From positions 1 through 64,000 of IMG/VR virus record IMGVR_UViG_3300017963_000033: 64,000 bases of DNA. The stretch is one strand, 5' to 3'. This stretch comes from a virus. The notes under the pieces are model-generated. The model made no database searches and was not told the origin of the DNA. It worked only from the letters and a program-made list of their open reading frames with translations. The position numbers were made by a program, and so were the translations under genes. Of this stretch, positions 46,695 to 56,002 are shown piece by piece (positions within the stretch are counted from its first letter, which is position 1; each line of letters begins with the position of its first letter).

Positions 46695-47054
46695 TTATCC
46701 CCCCTGCGTATGTTCGTGCCACACGATGCGTCCCCCATAGGAGAGTAACATCGCCGCTCCGCTCAGAGCCAGCGGCAGCAACACAGGCCACCATAGCAAC
46801 CCAAACAGCGCACAGAACGCGCCGGCCCACAGGGAGATGCACCAGAAGCAGGATAACTGCTTTCCCCAGAATCCCCGGTATTGTTCCTCTTTGTAGACCC
46901 CAGACCGATAGCGCAGTCGTTCAAATACATCCTTGGGACCCGCCTCCATGTAGAACATGACCGCCACGCGCCAAGTGGCCAGGACCATCACCGCTGCCTG
47001 GACAGGCCCCACGGTCAGATATTCTCTGAGAATGTCCCACCACTCAAGCCCCAT
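46695..47054 (-). CDS. DUF1360-like membrane protein
   Basis: LATWRV...GP..VF..LR...LSCFWCISLW. Confidence 0.7.
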   Translation of the reverse strand: MGLEWWDILREYLTVGPVQAAVMVLATWRVAVMFYMEAGPKDVFERLRYRSGVYKEEQYRGFWGKQLSCFWCISLWAGAFCALFGLLWWPVLLPLALSGAAMLLSYGGRIVWHEHTQGG

Positions 47055-50000
47055 CTGGCACTCCCTGCGCCATGCGCATGGCGGCGGTGTAGATCATATT
47101 CGCCCGTACCTCTCCGACGCCCCGGATGCCGGTCAACCCCTCCTGGCCCATGGCAATGACCTGCTCCAGACTGACAATGCCTTGCTCGGCAAATCCCTTG
47201 GCGATGGTGGCAGTCACCCCCGCCAGCTTCTGGGGATCAAATTTGCCGCCATTGATGGGCGCTTCATCAGTATGCGTCCCAGCCAGGATGGCGTCAATGT
47301 CCACCATCTTCGGGGGCGGTGGTGGTTCGTGTGATTCTGTTTCATTCGGCACTGCCGGCGCAACCTCAACCGCCAAGGGTTCTGGGGCTGGCAGCGGTTC
47401 CCGCTCCTGGGCCACCGGCCTGCGCTCCACGATGGGGTCAAACAGATGTTGCGCGAGGCGAATGTCCTCCCGATGAACCAGGAACTTTTCACCGCCTCCC
47501 CGGAATCCGTAATGGATCTTCCATCCCTCGCGGGTGGCTATCATGTGCAGCCCCTCGATGCGGTTCGCAAACGCAGCCGCACCGACAAGCGTATGCTGTC
47601 CCCGGTTCGGATGCCGGTACAAGCACAAAATAAAGTCCTCATCTGCCGCCAGGTTGAGAACCGGGGCATTGGATGGTATTGCCCTACTTGGAGACGCTGC
47701 CCCAACGGGCGCTGTTTTCCTTCCACCACATCCTCCACACATCTGTATCTCTATCCTTTCATGCTTCTCCCGCAAGTATGCGAATAGGTTTTCGTGTTGC
47801 TCAGTGCCTATGTCACGGCGCTGCCCAAGATAGAAATGGTAGACCACCAGCGGTTCTGGCACCCTGCGAAAGCACTTGCCTGCCTTTGCCAGCCGCCACC
47901 AATAATCCACATCCTCCCAGGAGACCATGTGGGTGTCAAATCCCCCTACCTCATCGTGCCACGCCTTTGGAACCAGAGAAGTAATGAGGTTCCAGGTAAA
48001 GACCGAGCGCGGGTCTCCTTCCGGTTGCCGCTGTGCCCTGGCTACATCATACTCCGGGGCCTCATAGCGGATGGCGGTCAAGCCATCATCTTGTCGCCAC
48101 AGGATATTGCGTTGCAGCTTCTCAGACAGGCCCCCTGGGTCCTCGATGAATGCCTTGCCCACATAATCGCTGTAGACAATGGATTCCTGTACGTCCCATT
48201 CGCTCAACATCCGTTCGATGGCGTGGGGATACAGCCAATCATCGGCGTCCAAAAACAATAGGAATGGTGCCCTGGCAAACATGGCTCCAAAGTTACGGGC
48301 CGCCCCGGCTCCCTCTTGCCGTCCTATGCCCCGCCATTTCACAAACGGATAGGCGTCCATCAGGCGCTGGGGCGCAGGCTGTTCGCTGTCCCAGACGACG
48401 ATGGTTTCCCATCTTCGGAAGGTCTGGGCCTCAATAGAGTCCAGGGCATCCTCCAGGGGCTCCACATGCCTGGGACCCGCCACGGGGATGATGACGCTGA
48501 CAACGGGCTCATCATACTGCCGCACCGGATGGCTCAGGCGCTGTGGGGTGGCATAGGAGGCGAATGGATGCTTGCCATCTTGGACCCATGGATGCCAGGC
48601 CAGCCAGTCCGGTTCCTGGTAGTCCTGGGCACCTGAGACACGCCCGGACATCCAGGAATAGATGAACAGGGGTTCTGCGGTGACCTTTTTGCCCTTCCAA
48701 CCGTAGGCCCCTGCCCTCAGCCAGAATTCGGCATCCTCGGCCCCGGCCCCGATGGGACAGTACCGCTTTTTGTAGCCTCCCAGGGCCTGCCACATCTCAC
48801 GCCTGAACACGCAACAAGTAGGCACCTGATTCTGTTTCTTGAGTTGATTGTCAAAGTTCCAGTCTGCCGGCCAGGGGCTGACCCCCGTGGACCCATCTTG
48901 TTTCACCCAGCGCAATCCGGTGTAGGCAACGCCCAGGCTGTTGTCCAGTTCCATTGCCCGGACACATCGTTCTATCAGTTCAGGTTCCATGGCATCGTCG
49001 GCATCGAGACAGCAGATGTAGGTGGCCTCGGTGTGTTCGATGCCGGTGTTTCTGGCAACCGCCACACCCTGGTTGTTCTGATGGACGTAACGCACCCGCC
49101 GATCTCGCTGGCCCCATTCCGCAACCGCTGTGGCGGTGGCTCCCTCATCCGGGGAGCCATCGTCCACGACGATGATGTCCACAATCTGGTCATAGGTCTG
49201 TTCGATGGCGCTCTCGATGGCCCGACCGACCTTGGCGGCATACAGATAGCTTGGAATGATGATGGCTACGGTGGGTTCAGGTCGCGTAAGGGCTTGCTCA
49301 AAGACCTGGGCCACCTTCTGGCAAGCCATCTCCCAGGTATAGGGCTTTACCATGTGTCTGGCGTTTGCCCCCAGGGTGTCCCGGTGTTTCAGGCAGTAGG
49401 CCAGCCCATCAATCAGGTCCCCAATGTCCCCCGGCCTGGCCAGGTAGCCGTTGGTGCCGTGCTCAACCAGGTCCAGGTTGCCACCATGGGCATACCCCAG
49501 CACCGGGACCCCCGCAGCCATGGCCTCTAGGACCCCGATGCCAAAGGTTTCCTTGGTAGTGCTGAGGTAGACGTTGGCTCCCTGGACCAGTTGCCGCATC
49601 TGCTCATGGGGCACGACGCCAATCTCTGAGATATTGGTCCGACGCCTGCGCGGTGCAAAAGTTGTGACAAAGTGATTGTGAACGAAGGCGGTGGCCAGGT
49701 CGCTGAGAGGGCTGGGGTCGCACACGTCTCCCTGTCGATTCTTGTTCCACAGGATGTACCCCCCGTTTGGCCTGTCATGTTGCCATTCATCCCACTCGAT
49801 GCCATGGCCCACGACCACCGGGATGCGCCTCATGTCGCGGATGACCGACTCGGCCACCCAGGCGCTGGGGACGGTGATTACCCTGGCCTGGCGCATGGTT
49901 TCGATGACACTGGCGTTGGCTTTGTACTCCCAGCCTGCGGCGGCATAATCCGCCGACCAGTAGAGGCCATGGGTCATGGCCACGTCCACGTGTTCTGTGT

Positions 50001-50160
50001 TCGTGCCAGCATGGCTGACCTTGAGGTCATAGGACTCGCCTTCGCTCACGAATTCCACACCAAATGTGGGGCAGTGGCGATGGTATGCCTCTACGACACG
50101 TTTGATGCCCGATTCCTCAGAGCGAAAGTGTTGAAGCTCTGGGAGCATCCAGACTTTCAT
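47044..50160 (-). CDS. Multidomain glycosyltransferase GT4-GT2-GT2 with C-terminal helix-hairpin-helix
   Basis: ETFGIGVLEAMAAG (GT4); IIIP/VDDGS/ARNTG/LDADD; VIIP/ARNFG/LDADD/ED; GIRGVG HhH. Confidence 0.9.
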   Translation of the reverse strand: MKVWMLPELQHFRSEESGIKRVVEAYHRHCPTFGVEFVSEGESYDLKVSHAGTNTEHVDVAMTHGLYWSADYAAAGWEYKANASVIETMRQARVITVPSAWVAESVIRDMRRIPVVVGHGIEWDEWQHDRPNGGYILWNKNRQGDVCDPSPLSDLATAFVHNHFVTTFAPRRRRTNISEIGVVPHEQMRQLVQGANVYLSTTKETFGIGVLEAMAAGVPVLGYAHGGNLDLVEHGTNGYLARPGDIGDLIDGLAYCLKHRDTLGANARHMVKPYTWEMACQKVAQVFEQALTRPEPTVAIIIPSYLYAAKVGRAIESAIEQTYDQIVDIIVVDDGSPDEGATATAVAEWGQRDRRVRYVHQNNQGVAVARNTGIEHTEATYICCLDADDAMEPELIERCVRAMELDNSLGVAYTGLRWVKQDGSTGVSPWPADWNFDNQLKKQNQVPTCCVFRREMWQALGGYKKRYCPIGAGAEDAEFWLRAGAYGWKGKKVTAEPLFIYSWMSGRVSGAQDYQEPDWLAWHPWVQDGKHPFASYATPQRLSHPVRQYDEPVVSVIIPVAGPRHVEPLEDALDSIEAQTFRRWETIVVWDSEQPAPQRLMDAYPFVKWRGIGRQEGAGAARNFGAMFARAPFLLFLDADDWLYPHAIERMLSEWDVQESIVYSDYVGKAFIEDPGGLSEKLQRNILWRQDDGLTAIRYEAPEYDVARAQRQPEGDPRSVFTWNLITSLVPKAWHDEVGGFDTHMVSWEDVDYWWRLAKAGKCFRRVPEPLVVYHFYLGQRRDIGTEQHENLFAYLREKHERIEIQMCGGCGGRKTAPVGAASPSRAIPSNAPVLNLAADEDFILCLYRHPNRGQHTLVGAAAFANRIEGLHMIATREGWKIHYGFRGGGEKFLVHREDIRLAQHLFDPIVERRPVAQEREPLPAPEPLAVEVAPAVPNETESHEPPPPPKMVDIDAILAGTHTDEAPINGGKFDPQKLAGVTATIAKGFAEQGIVSLEQVIAMGQEGLTGIRGVGEVRANMIYTAAMRMAQGVPDGA

Positions 50161-50420
50161 AACTTGAGTCCTCTCACAGCCATCTGGGGCACCAGAATCT
50201 GCGGCCTCTTGGGATGTTGTCGCTCAAACATCTGCGAAGCCAACCCGATGAATGTCTGTGCAGACGACAGGCAGATGAGCGCCCTGTCCTGTTCTGGCAC
50301 GTGCTCATTCATCAGCACAATGATCTCCCCCGTCTCGGGATGGAATCCCACCTGGGCAAAGATGGGCACTTGTATCCCGGCTGGGACCTCCTCCACTCCC
50401 CCCTGTTCTTCCTCACTCAT
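50157..50420 (-). CDS. Hypothetical protein
   Basis: AGAAAGGAG RBS; coupled. Confidence 0.7.
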   Translation of the reverse strand: MSEEEQGGVEEVPAGIQVPIFAQVGFHPETGEIIVLMNEHVPEQDRALICLSSAQTFIGLASQMFERQHPKRPQILVPQMAVRGLKL

Positions 50421-50952
50421 CGGTGTCTCCTTTCTGTAGAGAACCTTCGCACAGCCAGATGCTGCGCTCCATGTTGCGATACTCCACGACGGTTGCGCCT
50501 ATCTTGCGCACCCTGTCCCAGTAGTGTTTGAGATGCCACAGCATCTCTGCGTCATCCCTGACCTTTCCAGGTCCATCGCCACGATATTGGCACTCAATCA
50601 ACGCCCTGCGGCTGTGGGCATGGATGGCTTTCAAAGTTCTGTGCATACTGGGCATATAGGGCAGCACCGAGAAACAGAGGATGAGGTCATACCTCAGCCG
50701 CTTGTCCAACCATTCCAGCAGGTCCTCCTCATGGATGCTGATGCCATTGCCCTCACACCGCGCCCGCGTTGTTTTCACAATCTCCGGGTCGTGGTCCACG
50801 CCGTCCACGATGACCGCGCCCGCTTCCCGCATCTTGAGCAGCAAATCCCCATGGCCACACCCCAGGTCGGCCACCAACAGGTCCCGAAAGTCTATAGCCT
50901 GGCTGATGATCTGCCATTGCTCAGGACCCCTGCGGTTCACAAACCCTGACAC
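50413..50952 (-). CDS. Class I SAM-dependent methyltransferase
   Basis: VADLGCGHG, GVD, YDLILCFSVL. Confidence 0.85.
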   Translation of the reverse strand: MSGFVNRRGPEQWQIISQAIDFRDLLVADLGCGHGDLLLKMREAGAVIVDGVDHDPEIVKTTRARCEGNGISIHEEDLLEWLDKRLRYDLILCFSVLPYMPSMHRTLKAIHAHSRRALIECQYRGDGPGKVRDDAEMLWHLKHYWDRVRKIGATVVEYRNMERSIWLCEGSLQKGDTDE

Positions 50953-51368
50953 AGTTCCTCCATCGTCCGGTGCAGCCAGTAGGCGTCTCCCTCCCGCCGC
51001 TTGTCTGGCCTCGGGTCATCCCACATCCTGGATTCTCCAAAGTCAATCAGGTAGGGTTTGTTGCCCCTGACGATTACTGCGTACTTGGTCAGGTCGCCAT
51101 GTCGGATGCCAGCCCTCTGCAAGGCAGCCAGGACCAGGTATTCATGGGCCATGAATGCTTCCCGGTTTGTGACCGGCTGGCCTTCTCCCAGGTCCTGCAT
51201 CCTGATCAACTCGATGTCCACTTGCTCGGCGTAGGGCACATATCCCGAGTCTTTTAGCGACAGAAGCGCATAAATCTCATTGTCGGTCATGTACTTGGGC
51301 TGCCGCTTCCAGATCCAGCCATCCTCGCGCCAGACGCGGCTGATGCCGTTATCGGTAATCAAGCTCAT
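50937..51368 (-). CDS. Minimal protein-kinase-fold phosphotransferase (Kdo/RIO-like)
   Basis: GIRHGDL...YLIDFG. Confidence 0.75.
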   Translation of the reverse strand: MSLITDNGISRVWREDGWIWKRQPKYMTDNEIYALLSLKDSGYVPYAEQVDIELIRMQDLGEGQPVTNREAFMAHEYLVLAALQRAGIRHGDLTKYAVIVRGNKPYLIDFGESRMWDDPRPDKRREGDAYWLHRTMEELCQGL

Positions 51369-52071
51369 CGAGTAGTTCTCCGAAATACTGTTCGGCCAGG
51401 GCCTTTTCCTCCGGGCCAAACTCGTTGCGCCAGTCCCCCACGATGCCTTTTCTCAGAAAGCGCAACTGAAAGTCCCTGCCATAGTTCAGGGAATGCCCGT
51501 TCGTCTTTGTCCACTCCCTGCGGTTGTGGAAGGACTGCCGCGCCACGACCGCCTCAACATCCTTCACCGGCTGGAGATGCAGCGTGTGCAGGATGCGCCA
51601 TAGCTCAAGTGTGGTATCCTTATGCAACCACTCGTAGCGGGTCACACACTCAGGTAGCCCCGAGGACATCCATGCCCGCACCCAGGGAACCAGTCCCCCT
51701 CCATGTGGCATGGGCCACTTGCCCTGGCCCAGACAATGGATGTACTCTAACAAGGGCCTGTCCCAATGATGCGCCCCTGAGACACAGATGTCCCGAGGGT
51801 CCCGCAGTACCAAAACTATCTTCTCGGAGGTAAGGTGCTCATAGGCCAGTTCCGTATGTTTGGGCGACAGTACATTTCCCCCTGGGACAGGGACAGGGTG
51901 CCCCTGTCCAATATAATGTTCCCCCTGCCGGCCCTGGCCTTCTGTGGCGATTGCCTTGGGTGTCGAGGGAGGGTGGATGGCTCCCACTGGCGAATCCAGC
52001 ACATCCCCCAACAGGCGGGACAGCCACGTGGTCCCGCTCTTCGGATACCCTACGACCAGGATCTTGGTCAC
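51349..52071 (-). CDS. PAPS-dependent sulfotransferase
   Basis: GYPKSGTTWL (5'-PSB), RDPRD..VS (3'-PB), RKGIVGDW. Confidence 0.9.
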   Translation of the reverse strand: MTKILVVGYPKSGTTWLSRLLGDVLDSPVGAIHPPSTPKAIATEGQGRQGEHYIGQGHPVPVPGGNVLSPKHTELAYEHLTSEKIVLVLRDPRDICVSGAHHWDRPLLEYIHCLGQGKWPMPHGGGLVPWVRAWMSSGLPECVTRYEWLHKDTTLELWRILHTLHLQPVKDVEAVVARQSFHNRREWTKTNGHSLNYGRDFQLRFLRKGIVGDWRNEFGPEEKALAEQYFGELLDELDYR

Positions 52072-52886
52072 CGCTCAACCCCTACCAGATACCGATGCCC
52101 CAGGCGGTGCCCAGGGACCTCGTAGTCGAACCATTCATATCCCGGCTTGCTTTCCGCAAACTGCTCAAAGTAGGAACGGTTCTCTAGGCCCTGAAAGTGG
52201 GTCTGGTATAGAATGACATAGCCCCTGGTCCGCACATTGCCCAGGACAAAGTCCCGTAGCTCAAAAGGAACCTCCGACAGGGAGCAGGCGGCGATGAAGA
52301 GATCGTAGGTGATGGAGCAGACTACCTGCTCAAACCACTCGGGTTTCCAGTAGATGAACACCCGTGGCACTCCTGTCTGAGAACAGTAATAGTGTTGGAG
52401 CCATGACAGCTCAGGCAGATCATAAATGACGTGGACTCCCTCAAAGCCAAGCTGGTAGCAGAGTCTGGCCATCGAGCCGTATCCGCCCCCGAATTCGAGG
52501 ATGGCCCTGGCATCATCTTCCACCCGTTTCCCGGCCTTGTCCTCCCACTGTTTGAGAATGTACGCCTGGTGGACCATCTGTCCGCTGGCATCCTCCCATG
52601 CTTTCATCCTCGTAGGAGCCCCAAAGGTCGTCTCCCGGATGCCCCTCTGCCAGCGCCACCAGCCATCCTTTTTCAGTTCGTCCAGTTCCATGTTGGCCTG
52701 GGGCGAGTCCCCCACAAACAGGGCTTCGTGAACGATGGGCCAGGTGAGGAACAGGCTGGGGTCATCGTTCAGGATCTTTTCCCGAATTTCAGCCTGCCGG
52801 CGAATCCAGGTAAATCTGGGATAGTCGCCCGGTGGATTCATGGGTGGCAGGTCCCTGATGGCCTGCCGCAGTTCCTTTTTATCCAT
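52068..52886 (-). CDS. Putative sugar O-methyltransferase
   Basis: ILEFGGGYG..AR, YDLPE...LQ..Y, SLSE. Confidence 0.75.
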   Translation of the reverse strand: MDKKELRQAIRDLPPMNPPGDYPRFTWIRRQAEIREKILNDDPSLFLTWPIVHEALFVGDSPQANMELDELKKDGWWRWQRGIRETTFGAPTRMKAWEDASGQMVHQAYILKQWEDKAGKRVEDDARAILEFGGGYGSMARLCYQLGFEGVHVIYDLPELSWLQHYYCSQTGVPRVFIYWKPEWFEQVVCSITYDLFIAACSLSEVPFELRDFVLGNVRTRGYVILYQTHFQGLENRSYFEQFAESKPGYEWFDYEVPGHRLGHRYLVGVER

Positions 52887-54081
52887 GGGGACCTCTCTTG
52901 GTGACACAGTAGCTGGCGATGCAATTTGCGATGCGCTCCATCTCGGGCCTGCCCAGGCCCTGGTGGCAGCCCACATAGAAACCATATTTGTTCAGCCATG
53001 CGGCCACCGGATAATCACTGGGGTCCCACATCCCCTCGTAGGCCGGTTGGTCTGTCAGGCGCAACATCTCCCGAGTCTCAACGCCATGAGCCTCCAGGTA
53101 GTTGCACAGGCCCCACTTGTCCTCCCCGAGGCCATGGGCGACGATGGGATACATCATGTAAGCGTGGCTGGTGTCCAACCTGGTGAGCGGCCTCTGGATG
53201 TAGCCCTGGCGCTCGACCTCCTCCAATAGTTCGGAAAGATACTTGGCGTTCTCCCGCCGCTGGGCTATCATCTGCGGCCAGTCAGGCAATTGCCCCAGGG
53301 CCAACGCCGCCTCCAGCTCTGTCACCCGGAAGGAATGCCCGATGGACTGGAAATTGAATCTGCGCTCCACGACCTCCCTCAGCCGGTCGCTGGAAAGCCC
53401 ATCGTCGTCGTCAATGCTCAGGTAGATGCCATCCCGCCCATGGTTGACCAGGGAGCGCATCTTGACCGCTAAGTCCGGGTCGTTGGTCGTCGCCACACCA
53501 CCAACCCCAGCAGTCAGCAAGTGGGCCACATAAAGGCTGAAACACCCAATATCTCCCCAGGAGCCTACGCGCTTGCGTCCATGGTCCACAAACATGGTCT
53601 CACAGGAATCCTCGATGATCTTGAGCCCTTGATTTCTGGCGATCATGTGGACTGCTGTCATGTTACATGGCATCCCAAACAGGTGGACTGGGATGATGGC
53701 CCTCGTCTTTTCGGTGATGGCCCGTTGGATCTTGCTGGGGTTGATGCCATAGTAGTCCGGTTCCACGTCCACCAGGACAGGTGTCATCCGGTTGTGCAGC
53801 ACGATGTTGACCGTGGCGACGAAGGTGCAGGCCGGGACAAGGACCTCGTCCCCATCCTGCCAGCCATGTAGTTCCTTGAGCGCCTGGAGCGCAACCTGGA
53901 GGCTGCTGGTGCCACTGTTGGACAGGACGGCATGGGCGCAGTCGTGGATGTTGGCGAATTGGGTCTCAAAGATTCTGGACATCGGGCCGTAGCTGATGCG
54001 CCCGGTGGCCAGCACGGTGTCCACCAGTTCCCGCATCCTGCTCGTGACCTCGAAGGTGCCCACCCCTATCTTGTCCATCAT
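52879..54081 (-). CDS. DegT/DnrJ/EryC1/StrS PLP-dependent sugar aminotransferase
   Basis: SGTSSL, TFVAT.N, IIPVHLFG, IEDSCE; the usual Schiff-base Lys position reads His (SLYVAH). Confidence 0.85.
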   Translation of the reverse strand: MMDKIGVGTFEVTSRMRELVDTVLATGRISYGPMSRIFETQFANIHDCAHAVLSNSGTSSLQVALQALKELHGWQDGDEVLVPACTFVATVNIVLHNRMTPVLVDVEPDYYGINPSKIQRAITEKTRAIIPVHLFGMPCNMTAVHMIARNQGLKIIEDSCETMFVDHGRKRVGSWGDIGCFSLYVAHLLTAGVGGVATTNDPDLAVKMRSLVNHGRDGIYLSIDDDDGLSSDRLREVVERRFNFQSIGHSFRVTELEAALALGQLPDWPQMIAQRRENAKYLSELLEEVERQGYIQRPLTRLDTSHAYMMYPIVAHGLGEDKWGLCNYLEAHGVETREMLRLTDQPAYEGMWDPSDYPVAAWLNKYGFYVGCHQGLGRPEMERIANCIASYCVTKRGPHG

Positions 54082-54794
54082 ACCTCCCACGGGGCCAGCA
54101 GGCCATCCTTGCGCATCTTTTCCACATCTCCCGGCTCAATTTCAGCCGTCAGTAGTTTTCCCGAGTCCCCCCCGCGCATGGCCAGACATACGCGAAGCGG
54201 CCATTGTCTAGTGCCCAGGACGATGACCTCCTGGTAATGCGACAGCCGCACGGTTCCCTGTAACTCGACTTCGTGGGGCGATTCCCCAGGAATCAGGACC
54301 TGGCGCAGGTGCTGCTTACGCCAGAACCCCGGCATCAAACTCAGGTGGTAGGGTGAACCCGGCATCGACTTGACCAGGTCCAAGCGGCCCACGTGCCCGT
54401 AGGCTTGCATCCCCATGGCATAGAGCCGGTCCCCACAAACATCCATCTTGGCGACGTACTCAAATTGGAGCATGTAGCGGTAGAGGATGTCCAGGGCCTC
54501 GCTGTCCACCGGCCTGATGGGCCACATATCCTCCAGGAGCAGCAGAAAGACCTCCTCCTGCCGCTCATCCAGAAACTTGATGAGGGCATCAGACCACTTG
54601 TCGAATGGATACATTTCCTGGGGTCCGATGCTGTGGAAGGTCCAGGATTCTGGCAGGTCAAAGGTGGGCTGGCTGAATCCTCCCACCACGACCTTGGGCA
54701 TGGGTTTCCAGTATCGCTCCATCAGCCACGCGAGGGGCCTGAGCGCCGGCAGGTACTTGTCGCATGTCGTGACAAAGATGGTGTACTCAGCCAC
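54078..54794 (-). CDS. Putative GT-A-like glycosyltransferase
   Basis: TCDKY...WS..L...LLLLED motif; position in the sugar cluster; start uncertain. Confidence 0.5.
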   Translation of the reverse strand: MAEYTIFVTTCDKYLPALRPLAWLMERYWKPMPKVVVGGFSQPTFDLPESWTFHSIGPQEMYPFDKWSDALIKFLDERQEEVFLLLLEDMWPIRPVDSEALDILYRYMLQFEYVAKMDVCGDRLYAMGMQAYGHVGRLDLVKSMPGSPYHLSLMPGFWRKQHLRQVLIPGESPHEVELQGTVRLSHYQEVIVLGTRQWPLRVCLAMRGGDSGKLLTAEIEPGDVEKMRKDGLLAPWEV

Positions 54795-55818
54795 GACCAC
54801 CCCCAAACCGCGCCTCATAGTCTGCGAACATATCCCGCAGGGTGGTTTCCATCGGCGTATCTGGTATCCATCCTAGTAGGTCCCTGAGCCGTGTGGTGTC
54901 GGGGGCGCGTCTGGCGTGTCCATCCGGTTTGCTGGTGTCGAATTGATAGGCGATGTCTTTGCCCGAGAGGGTCACAATCGACTGGACAAGGTCGGAGATC
55001 CTGATCTCCTGCCTGTGCCCGATGTTGATTGGCCCAGCGTCCCACGCCGCTTGGCAATAGGCCAGGCGCACGAGAGCCCTGGCGATGTCTCTGACATCAA
55101 CCAATGTGCGTGTTTGATTGCCGCTGCCCCAGACTTTCAGCGGATTCTCTCCCTCCATGACGCGCCTGATCAAGGCCGGCGCAACGTGGGACGCATTGGG
55201 TTCGTAGTGATCTCTTGGTCCAAAGACGTTAAAAAGGCGCACGATGACGCACGGGACATTGTGCTCTCTGTAAAGGTGCCGCACCATCTGCTCCCCTACC
55301 CACTTGGCGATTCCATAGCCATGGTTTGTGGGCTCTGGATTGCAGATGTCGCCCGCGCTTTCTGGTGTCGGGACCGGCGCGTCCCCCGGATAGACACAGG
55401 CAGTGCTGATATAGACAAACAGACGTGGTTTGCAGATTCGCACCGAGTCGATCATCGACTGGTTGATGGCCAGGTTCGCCCGCAGCATCTCGTATTGGTT
55501 GCGCCGGTTGTACTCGATGCCGGCAACCTTGGCTGCCAGGTGCCAGACCACGTCCGTTGGCTTACAAGGATAGCCAGTATGTTCAAGGTTCCGGGGCTGC
55601 AATCGTACCTGCCCCGTTTTCATGGACCCATACAGGTTGTCCATCTTTCCTCGGGAAAAGTCATCAACCACGGTTACGCTGTGGTGGATGTCCACCAGGG
55701 CATCTACCAGATGGGACCCGATGAATCCAGCTCCCCCAGTGACGATGTGATTGCCGCCACTTGGAGGCACATCCCCTTCCCACTGCGGCAACGGTGTCGC
55801 AGTCGTTCTGTCTCCCAT
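54787..55818 (-). CDS. NAD-dependent nucleotide-sugar epimerase/dehydratase (extended SDR)
   Basis: VTGGAGFIGSH, HLAA, STACVY, YGIAK. Confidence 0.9.
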   Translation of the reverse strand: MGDRTTATPLPQWEGDVPPSGGNHIVTGGAGFIGSHLVDALVDIHHSVTVVDDFSRGKMDNLYGSMKTGQVRLQPRNLEHTGYPCKPTDVVWHLAAKVAGIEYNRRNQYEMLRANLAINQSMIDSVRICKPRLFVYISTACVYPGDAPVPTPESAGDICNPEPTNHGYGIAKWVGEQMVRHLYREHNVPCVIVRLFNVFGPRDHYEPNASHVAPALIRRVMEGENPLKVWGSGNQTRTLVDVRDIARALVRLAYCQAAWDAGPINIGHRQEIRISDLVQSIVTLSGKDIAYQFDTSKPDGHARRAPDTTRLRDLLGWIPDTPMETTLRDMFADYEARFGGGRG

Positions 55819-56002
55819 TTCTGTCTCCTTTCTCAAACGGGGGTGGTGCAGAAAGGAGACTCAAAATCACCACCCCCGCGACTTGCCCCGAAGGGCAAGC
55901 ATGATTCCCAACCGCCCGGACAATCTCCTTTCTTGGCGGCATTCACCTTTTGAAGGGGAGGATCAGTTGCCTGACCCTCCCATCATCACGGTTCAACTAC
56001 AA

